A DNA stretch of 31,500 nucleotides from Candidatus Baldrarchaeum yapensis (lineage in GTDB: Archaea > Asgardarchaeota > Baldrarchaeia > Baldrarchaeales > Baldrarchaeaceae). The notes below the pieces were generated by a model. The model was not told the origin of the DNA. It saw nothing but the letters and a program-made list of their open reading frames with translations, and ran no database searches. The stretch lies in assembly GCA_016840465.1 (NCBI GenBank), contig JAEOSH010000018.1:1-31500 (forward strand), in the 5' to 3' direction. The first letter of the stretch is position 1. Each line of letters opens with the position of its first letter. This document shows positions 25,953 to 31,500 of the stretch, one piece after another. The position numbers and the translations under genes were made by a program.

Positions 25953-26510
25953 ATGCCATTGATAATATCGATGCGCCCCAAGTTCGCACGGCTGATATTC
26001 TCGGGAGAGAAGAAGTTCGAGTTGCGGCGAAAATTCGCTAGGGTCCCAAGCGGAACGCGGGCCATAATTTATGCTTCGGAGAACGTTAGGGCGTTTGTTG
26101 GCGAGTTTAAAGTAGGGAGGATTTTCAGGCTACGTATAGATGATTTGTGGGAGTTCGTGGGGCCATATGCAAAGGTTTCGTTCAAGGAATTTCTTCGATA
26201 TTTTAAGAGGTGTACGAAGGGTGTCGCAATAGAGATACGCGATCCATTTGAGTATCCGAAGGCCATCCCGCTGGATGCTGTTAGGCTCGAAATTAGAGAT
26301 AATATGTGGGCCCCACCAGTGGATTACGAGGTTCTTCCGGACAATCATCCCATAATTGTCGCGATAGACAATTACCTCTCAGTCATAATGCAGGACAAAA
26401 GCAGTGAGGGGCGGAATAACAGAAGACTGGTAGCGCGGCCTCATCGTCAGCTTGTGGGGGAGAGGGGAGGAGGGCGAGGGAAGAGGAGGGATCCCGCCAG
26501 AACCAGATAA
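25953..26510 (+). CDS. ASCH-domain (PUA-like) protein with an Arg/Gly-rich C-terminal tail
   Basis: The N-terminus ISMRPKFARLIFSGEKKFELRRKF...RAIIYAS...FVGEFKVG is the ASCH pattern. The last ~45 aa (…RRLVARPHRQLVGERGGGRGKRRDPARTR) are basic and RG-rich. Confidence 0.7.
   Translation: MPLIISMRPKFARLIFSGEKKFELRRKFARVPSGTRAIIYASENVRAFVGEFKVGRIFRLRIDDLWEFVGPYAKVSFKEFLRYFKRCTKGVAIEIRDPFEYPKAIPLDAVRLEIRDNMWAPPVDYEVLPDNHPIIVAIDNYLSVIMQDKSSEGRNNRRLVARPHRQLVGERGGGRGKRRDPARTR
26456..26490 (+). repeat. G-rich polypurine tract compatible with a G-quadruplex motif, inside the 3' end of the ASCH ORF
   Basis: Read directly as GGGGG AGA GGGG AGGA GGG CGA GGG AAGAGGA GGG. That is five G-runs of at least 3 with loops of 3-7 nt. 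Confidence 0.6.
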
Positions 26511-26703
26511 CACAACCTTTGCCAAGCTGACTCGGCCGCATGATAAACTTGTCTCTCGACGTATTTAAACATTTCTAAGATGACACTTCCATAATGGCGT
26601 GTTCCTCGAAATTTTCGATTGTTACTACAAACTATGACAACAAGGATAGTAATACTGCAATAAAACAAAAAGTACGGTTTGTTATAAAATACCATATTAC
26701 CGG

Positions 26704-27288
26704 TTATTTCCGTATTTTTTCGCCTTCGTTTTCGCTTAGAATTGCGCCACATTGTGAACATATTATGGGATTCGAGCGATAAACTGCTCCACATAGCGGA
26801 CATTTGATAGTTTTGAAAGCAATAATTGGTGTTTTTCGCTCCTCCTTCCCTCTTTGTGTTATTTTCCTTACAAGGTAGCACGTAACCGCGGGAAATGAGA
26901 GAATTATCCCCTTAACTGAGAGATTCACCACCATCAAAAAGACAAATATTAATTTTTCTAATGATGACAAACTCTCCCACGTGGTGGAGTAGTGATGGAG
27001 CAGATACAGAATTAGGAAGGCTACGAAAAACATTGAAAGCACTACCACGGGCGTAACATTAAAGTTTTGTTTTCTGAAGGCCGCGGTCAGAGCGCATCCA
27101 ATTGTAAACACGATTATTAGAAATTGAGGATCTTTAAGGAAAACAAATGCCCATGATATCTTGAATAGGATCGATTTTACTCCATTACTCACTTGGAATG
27201 GCGTTTGAATGGACTTGTAGTCGTACATCTGTGCGATGCAGAAAAATAGTAGCGATATCACAATAAATGCAAACGCTAGGGTTTTCAT
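26704..27288 (-). CDS. Hypothetical membrane protein with a C-terminal cytosolic Zn-ribbon
   Basis: About five hydrophobic helices followed by KCPLCGAVYRSNPIICSQCGAIL (CxxC-x11-CxxC). It starts 9 nt downstream of the preceding gene's stop. Confidence 0.6.
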   Translation of the reverse strand: MKTLAFAFIVISLLFFCIAQMYDYKSIQTPFQVSNGVKSILFKISWAFVFLKDPQFLIIVFTIGCALTAAFRKQNFNVTPVVVLSMFFVAFLILYLLHHYSTTWESLSSLEKLIFVFLMVVNLSVKGIILSFPAVTCYLVRKITQRGKEERKTPIIAFKTIKCPLCGAVYRSNPIICSQCGAILSENEGEKIRK

Positions 27289-27297
27289 GGCGACTAC

Positions 27298-27771
27298 CTA
27301 CTCTACCGAGCGTGATGCTGCACCGCCGAGTGTTCCTCCAAGAATTGATGCGATCACGTATATGAGGATGTTGTCCATGAGGTCGTAAAGCGTTGAAACG
27401 ATTCCGATGTATCCCGAGGGAGGAACATGTGCCCATATTATTGCGGCACAGATTATCGCTGCAATAATCGGTGAGAGAGAGCCCGCGGAGCATCCTCTGC
27501 TTGTACTTCTTGCAAGCATGCCGCCTACCACGGAACTCGCGTACCATATTATTCCTATGACCAGAGTTGTTTGAAGGTCCTCTCCCTGCAACAATAGGGT
27601 TGCTATTAGCGAGAATATGTAGCCAACATGACCGCTAGGGTTATATCCCGATATCCCATTCCTTAGGCTTACGTGTATGACGTTAGGCTCAAAATGCATT
27701 ATTACTGCTACTGTCACCATCGAAAATAAAATTATTATTGCGGAGATAAGCAGCACACGCAAAATCATCAC
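27298..27771 (-). CDS. Hypothetical polytopic membrane protein
   Basis: 157 aa with four or five hydrophobic segments. I recognise no family. It starts 3 nt after the GGR stop on the same strand. Confidence 0.55.
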   Translation of the reverse strand: MMILRVLLISAIIILFSMVTVAVIMHFEPNVIHVSLRNGISGYNPSGHVGYIFSLIATLLLQGEDLQTTLVIGIIWYASSVVGGMLARSTSRGCSAGSLSPIIAAIICAAIIWAHVPPSGYIGIVSTLYDLMDNILIYVIASILGGTLGGAASRSVE

Positions 27772-27774
27772 CGG

Positions 27775-28995
27775 TTAGTCGAGTAATTTAAGCGCGCGCA
27801 ATTTATCGAGTAATTCTATTAGTCTTCTGTCTCCCTTCTTTATCAATTCTGATATTATGGCAATTTTCCTGCCAGCAGTAAGGTCGACGATGTTCTGGCC
27901 GCTGAGGACGTCGGCAAGCATATCGAGGACTTCATCATCGACTTTTTCAAGTACTTTGCGCAATTTCAGCATCTTCTCGAATTCTTCGCCGTATTTTTCT
28001 CGCCATCTTCGTTCGTACTCCATAAGTGCCTGTTCACTTGTATCTCCACGACTTACACATTCAACAGCAACTTGACCTGCTATACTTCCGCAAACAATGG
28101 CGTATCCCATGCCTCCTCCGGTGATGGGGTGTACTTGACCTGCCGCGTCGCCGACGAGCATTACTCCATTTGCTACATTCTTCGGATTGGGACCGCCGAC
28201 AGGGATGGCACCGACTCTCATCTCGATGATTTTTGCATTTTTGCACTTTTTGCTTCCGATGGGATGATGCTTCAGAAAGTTGTTGAGGTACTCAAGTGCC
28301 GTCCTTTCGCCGAAGCCCGCGCCGATGCCTATTCCCACATTTGCTCTCTTTTCGTCTTTTGGAAAAATCCACACGTAACCACGAGGAGCTACCTTATTGC
28401 CAAAGTAGAACTCAAGTATCTCGGGATCATCAACCTCGACCCCTATCATTTCATATTGAACTGAAACATCGAGGTCATGCATCTTTATGTACTTCCGCAA
28501 TCCGCTTTTTCTCGCCACGACGCTATTAATGCCGTCCGCACCTATGACGATATCGGCATAAATCTCTAGGGTTTTTCCCATGTGTTTTGCTATAACCCCG
28601 CAGACACTTCCACCTTTCCATACTAGGTCTATAACTTCCGCGCCAACCATCACGTCTGCTCCTAGGTCTACTGCCCTAATAAGTAGTTCTTTATCAAATA
28701 TTCTTCTATCGACAATGAAACCATCAGCCGTTTCCTTTACATAGTCGACGTATTTACCTCCTGGGCTATATACTCTAAATCCTCTGACCTCATTCACAAT
28801 TGCCCTTTTTGGGATTTCTATTTCTGCTATGGAAGGGCCCGTCTTCCCAATAGCTTCGCCACATCTCACAGGAATTCCGACGTGTCTCTTTCTTTCCAGA
28901 ATCAGTACTTTACCTCCCATTCTTGTAGCCGAGATCGCGGCAGAGCATCCCCCGGGCCCTGCTCCTACAACCACTATTTCACTTTTTACACTCAA
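27775..28995 (-). CDS. Geranylgeranyl reductase family flavoprotein (digeranylgeranylglycerophospholipid reductase-like)
   Basis: FAD dinucleotide motif VVVGAGPGGCSAA, the conserved RCGE motif, GADG and VGDAAGQVHPITGGG. 406 aa, TTG start. Confidence 0.9.
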   Translation of the reverse strand: MSVKSEIVVVGAGPGGCSAAISATRMGGKVLILERKRHVGIPVRCGEAIGKTGPSIAEIEIPKRAIVNEVRGFRVYSPGGKYVDYVKETADGFIVDRRIFDKELLIRAVDLGADVMVGAEVIDLVWKGGSVCGVIAKHMGKTLEIYADIVIGADGINSVVARKSGLRKYIKMHDLDVSVQYEMIGVEVDDPEILEFYFGNKVAPRGYVWIFPKDEKRANVGIGIGAGFGERTALEYLNNFLKHHPIGSKKCKNAKIIEMRVGAIPVGGPNPKNVANGVMLVGDAAGQVHPITGGGMGYAIVCGSIAGQVAVECVSRGDTSEQALMEYERRWREKYGEEFEKMLKLRKVLEKVDDEVLDMLADVLSGQNIVDLTAGRKIAIISELIKKGDRRLIELLDKLRALKLLD

Positions 28996-29149
28996 GGGAG
29001 ATCGCCCCCACCGGACATACCTTTACACAGATGCCACAACTGTTACATTTCTCCTCTTCTACCACAATTCTGGTTTCGGTGACCCTTATTGCATTCTGAG
29101 GACAGGAGGCTGCGCACCCAAAACACAAACCGCAGAGTTCGGCATTCAC
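28979..29149 (-). CDS. Small 2x[4Fe-4S] ferredoxin, likely electron donor to the adjacent GGR
   Basis: Not in the ORF track because it is 56 aa. My translation from GTG 29149 is MNAELCGLCFGCAASCPQNAIRVTETRIVVEEEKCNSCGICVKVCPVGAISLECKK, with two CxxCxxCxxxCP motifs. The TGA at 28979-28981 lies 17 nt inside the GGR ORF. The frame is open upstream to a TAA with no in-frame ATG, so the start codon is uncertain. Confidence 0.7.
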   Translation of the reverse strand: MNAELCGLCFGCAASCPQNAIRVTETRIVVEEEKCNSCGICVKVCPVGAISLECKK

Positions 29150-29219
29150 CTTAGCGATGTCAATCGACCCCCTGAGAGAATCTGGGTCATAGTATGGGGA
29201 TGGAGTTGCAGTTTAAACT

Positions 29220-30029
29220 TTATGTTTTTCCGGATTGCACTAGGGCTATGGAAATTCTTCTTGCTATGGGCACGGCTATGAGTGTGCCGATTACTGCCTG
29301 ACCAATGTTAAACGGAACTTCGACTATTGCGATTACTTCCATCCCTAGGACTTTATAAAGCACAAAGTACTCGTAAATGAAATATCCCATTACCATTACC
29401 GTTCCGCCGAGCAATGTGGATATGATCATCGCCGTCAGGAGGGGGTCCTTCCTATAGCCAAAGTATGTTATAAGAACCCCTGCGGTCACGGCTATCCCTA
29501 CCCACACGACTTCCGTTAGGAGTATATCGAATGCAAAGAATCGAATATCGAGAATAGGAACTGGTGCATTTGAGGGGTTTATGTAAATTCCCAGGGCTAT
29601 ACTCCACAGGGAGTTGTAAAATGATACCCCTAACGTTATAATCACCGCTGCAATCGCCATCCCGACAACCGGTGAAAACCTTGCTTCCACGGCGCCTTCA
29701 GGCCTTCTAGTTAACTTTTGTATCGCCCATCCGGTGAGGTATCCCTCACAGCCCTTTATCACCAAGGTTCCAGGAGCATAAATTGCGTACCCTGTCGCCA
29801 GATCTGCGAGGGCAGAACCCACTCCACCGGCGAACGCTCCCACATACGGTCCGAAGAGCAGAGCGGAGAGGAAAACTCCTATTTCTCCAACGTTAAAGTA
29901 ACCCTTCGTTGCAACTATGGATACTTGAAAGACCACTGTCAATACAAATACGAGTGATGTCATAAGTGCTGTTATTGCAATCAGCGAACTGCGGCTTCTC
30001 TCTATTACAAATGGTATCATTGGAGTCAC
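29220..30029 (-). CDS. ECF-transporter substrate-specific (S) component-like membrane protein
   Basis: The pattern GVFLSALLFGPYVGAFAGGVGSALADLATG....APGTLVIKGCEGYLTGW is typical of ECF_trnsprt-type S components. 269 aa is longer than usual. Confidence 0.6.
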   Translation of the reverse strand: MTPMIPFVIERSRSSLIAITALMTSLVFVLTVVFQVSIVATKGYFNVGEIGVFLSALLFGPYVGAFAGGVGSALADLATGYAIYAPGTLVIKGCEGYLTGWAIQKLTRRPEGAVEARFSPVVGMAIAAVIITLGVSFYNSLWSIALGIYINPSNAPVPILDIRFFAFDILLTEVVWVGIAVTAGVLITYFGYRKDPLLTAMIISTLLGGTVMVMGYFIYEYFVLYKVLGMEVIAIVEVPFNIGQAVIGTLIAVPIARRISIALVQSGKT

Positions 30030-30856
30030 CCACCTTCGAGTATCCGTTCGATAACTTTCACACTTTCGCGAATTCCCTCGAGATCATGAACTTCAAGAAT
30101 AAATATAGCGTTCTTAACCTCATTATACATTTTGGGTATAAGCCTTTGAAACTCTATGTTTCCCCTCCCGAGAGCAAGATGCTGATCCGATGAGCCGTCG
30201 TTGTCATGTAGATGCACAACGCGTATGCGATCTCTCAGTTTTTTGAAGAACGATAAAAGATCATGGTTCCACGTGTTTGCATGTCCAACATCGTATGTAA
30301 TGAAAACGGTATTAGGCGCTACATCATCAGCTATTTCTAAAAACTCCAGGATCTCTTCGGGAGTTGTCAAGAGGTGTCTGTTCTTTGATCTCTCCTTATT
30401 TTCGATACACACTTTTGCACCAATATCATGGGCCTTTTCGGTTATTTTGATCAACGATAGAACCCCTAGCTTTTTTGCTATGTTATACCTGTGTGGGTGG
30501 TGGTCGCCATGGAGGTACCCCATATGTATGGTTACGTACTCGGCATCCAATATTCTTGCAATTTCGAGGCATCTCAAAGTTCTTCTTAGCGATGCTTCGC
30601 GGCTTATATCGTTGAAACTCGCCAAGTTTACATCTATGTAACTGGAATGGAGAAGGGGACGCATGCCAAGAGACTCGATGGTCTCTCTCAGTTTCAGGAG
30701 GTACTTTTTGTTTGGAGACTGAGGATCTAGATACGGCCACTCACATCTAATTTCGACGTATTTTAAATTCAGATGTGAGTACGTGTCTAATAACTCAAAA
30801 ATTGTCAAACCTGGATCTGTAAGAGTTGCCGCTCCAAGTTTCAACATTCCCACCAA
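30026..30856 (-). CDS. Xylose-isomerase-like TIM-barrel protein (sugar phosphate isomerase/epimerase, AP-endonuclease-2 fold)
   Basis: YVEIR..., YVTIHMG, a metal-ligand-like pattern (CIEN...DVGHAN...HLHDNDG..DQHLALG) typical of the family. It overlaps the downstream S-component start by 4 nt. Confidence 0.75.
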   Translation of the reverse strand: MVGMLKLGAATLTDPGLTIFELLDTYSHLNLKYVEIRCEWPYLDPQSPNKKYLLKLRETIESLGMRPLLHSSYIDVNLASFNDISREASLRRTLRCLEIARILDAEYVTIHMGYLHGDHHPHRYNIAKKLGVLSLIKITEKAHDIGAKVCIENKERSKNRHLLTTPEEILEFLEIADDVAPNTVFITYDVGHANTWNHDLLSFFKKLRDRIRVVHLHDNDGSSDQHLALGRGNIEFQRLIPKMYNEVKNAIFILEVHDLEGIRESVKVIERILEGG

Positions 30857-30879
30857 AAATAATGATAAAAATGTGGAAG

Positions 30880-31500
30880 TTATGAGATATAGAACTGCTT
30901 CAGTGTTCTTCGCGTTGCGTGAGCACTTGCCCTCTTAAGGATTCTTGACATTGATTCGTACATTTTTATGTCCTCTTCGGTGAGGCTCGGCGGGACCATC
31001 TTAAGGGCCTCCTCGAAGTGCCTCATATAGACCTTCTTGGCATTAATGTCTTCCCTCAATGCACATAGCGCTGCCTCTCTGCACACAGCCTCTATGTCAG
31101 CGCCCGTGTATCCCTCGGTTATCTCTGCCAGTCTCTCTAGGTCTACATCTTCCGCTAGGGGCATATTTCTTGTGTGAACCTTAAATATCTCGTACCTACC
31201 GGTTTTGTCCGGTGGAGGTACGTACACGAGCCTATCGAACCTTCCAGGCCTCAGGAGCGCGGGGTCTAGGATATCCGGTCTGTTAGTTGCCGCCATCACG
31301 ACTACGTTCTTAAGAGGAACTATACCGTCCATTTCCGTCAGAAGTTGGTTCACTATTCTCTCGGTGACTCCGGACTCTCCGGCATAAAGCCCACGCTGAG
31401 GAGCAATTGCATCTATCTCATCGAAGAATATTATACACGGCGCTGCCTGTCTCGCCTTCTGGAATATTCTTCTAATGGCCTTTTCAGACTCCCCGACCCC
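30880..31500 (-). CDS. cdc48: Second Cdc48/VCP-like AAA+ ATPase, with only the D2 C-terminal part inside the window (partial)
   Basis: The frame is open to the window edge: [34 protein letters not shown]...[15 protein letters not shown]...[28 protein letters not shown]. It is highly similar to D2 of the 1040-3250 gene. The 'M' at 31353 in the track is an internal GTG (Val). Confidence 0.9.
   Translation of the reverse strand, partial: GVGESEKAIRRIFQKARQAAPCIIFFDEIDAIAPQRGLYAGESGVTERIVNQLLTEMDGIVPLKNVVVMAATNRPDILDPALLRPGRFDRLVYVPPPDKTGRYEIFKVHTRNMPLAEDVDLERLAEITEGYTGADIEAVCREAALCALREDINAKKVYMRHFEEALKMVPPSLTEEDIKMYESMSRILKRASAHATRRTLKQFYIS

Noticed and set aside
26447-26881. 144-aa minus-strand ORF and 62-aa plus-strand ORF (26594-26782) across the convergent gap between the ASCH gene and the Zn-ribbon membrane gene
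   Set aside because: Both overlap the ends of better-supported genes. Their translations are compositionally odd (KRKRRRK runs arising from the complement of the polypurine tract). No domain is recognisable.
28829-29281. 150-aa plus-strand ORF, and 28882-29082 (66 aa), spanning the GGR start and ferredoxin region
   Set aside because: They are antisense to the GGR N-terminal FAD motif and to the small ferredoxin with two perfect cluster motifs. The translations are Pro/Thr/Leu-rich with no motifs.
1-31500. Search by eye for CRISPR arrays, rRNA, tRNA (T-loop GGTTCRAATCC-type strings) and long dispersed repeats
   Set aside because: I noticed no regularly spaced direct repeats, no rRNA-like segments and no tRNA-like cloverleaf signatures. 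The only substantial internal similarity is between the AAA+ domains of the Cdc48 genes, which reflects paralogy. A computational scan (tRNAscan-SE, Infernal, CRT/minced) would be needed to be certain.

Overview
This is an archaeal chromosomal window. Apart from the first ~360 nt it looks about 40-45% GC by eye. Genes are tightly packed with many 1-4 nt start/stop overlaps, and the proteins are rich in E/K/R/I/V, which suggests a thermophile. All homology calls below are motif recognition from memory; I ran no searches.

Most of the content is conserved housekeeping:
- a Zn-ribbon protein plus aEF-1beta, and a complete Cdc48/VCP AAA+ ATPase;
- the classical archaeal proteasome-exosome superoperon (psmA, SBDS, rrp4, rrp41, rrp42, rpl37ae, Brix, Pcc1, prefoldin beta), followed by a DHH phosphoesterase;
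- an ECF-transporter energising module (ecfA1-ecfA2-ecfT), a purine phosphoribosyltransferase, KEOPS Cgi121 and a THUMP protein;
- a nucleotidyltransferase/CDP-alcohol transferase pair and an F420 tail-biosynthesis cluster (cofE-cofD-[Dus-like flavoprotein]-cofC);
- a ferredoxin, a radical-SAM protein, a GNAT and the XerA recombinase;
- a strikingly eukaryote-like actin (Asgard 'lokiactin' grade, not crenactin grade), divergently paired with a wHTH regulator;
- an alanine-aminotransferase-like enzyme and an ASCH protein with an RG-rich tail;
- a co-directional minus-strand array (TIM-barrel isomerase, ECF S-component, small ferredoxin, geranylgeranyl reductase, two unknown membrane proteins);
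- the 3' part of a second Cdc48 paralogue.

I saw no rRNA, tRNA or CRISPR array.

The most interesting leads are:
1. a Dus/NifR3-like flavin TIM-barrel gene translationally coupled between cofD and cofC, a candidate missing reductase for F420 tail synthesis;
2. the eukaryote-like actin sharing a divergent promoter, which contains an inverted repeat, with a wHTH plus CARF-like/Rossmann-like regulator;
3. an unlisted 56-aa 2x[4Fe-4S] ferredoxin overlapping the GGR start, followed by two uncharacterised membrane proteins;
4. an abrupt ~70% GC edge segment (1-~360) with a transposase-like ORF tail, either an IS end or an assembly chimera.

I cannot show that the window holds a genuinely new multi-gene system. 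The F420-linked flavoprotein and the actin/regulator pair are hypotheses, not demonstrations.
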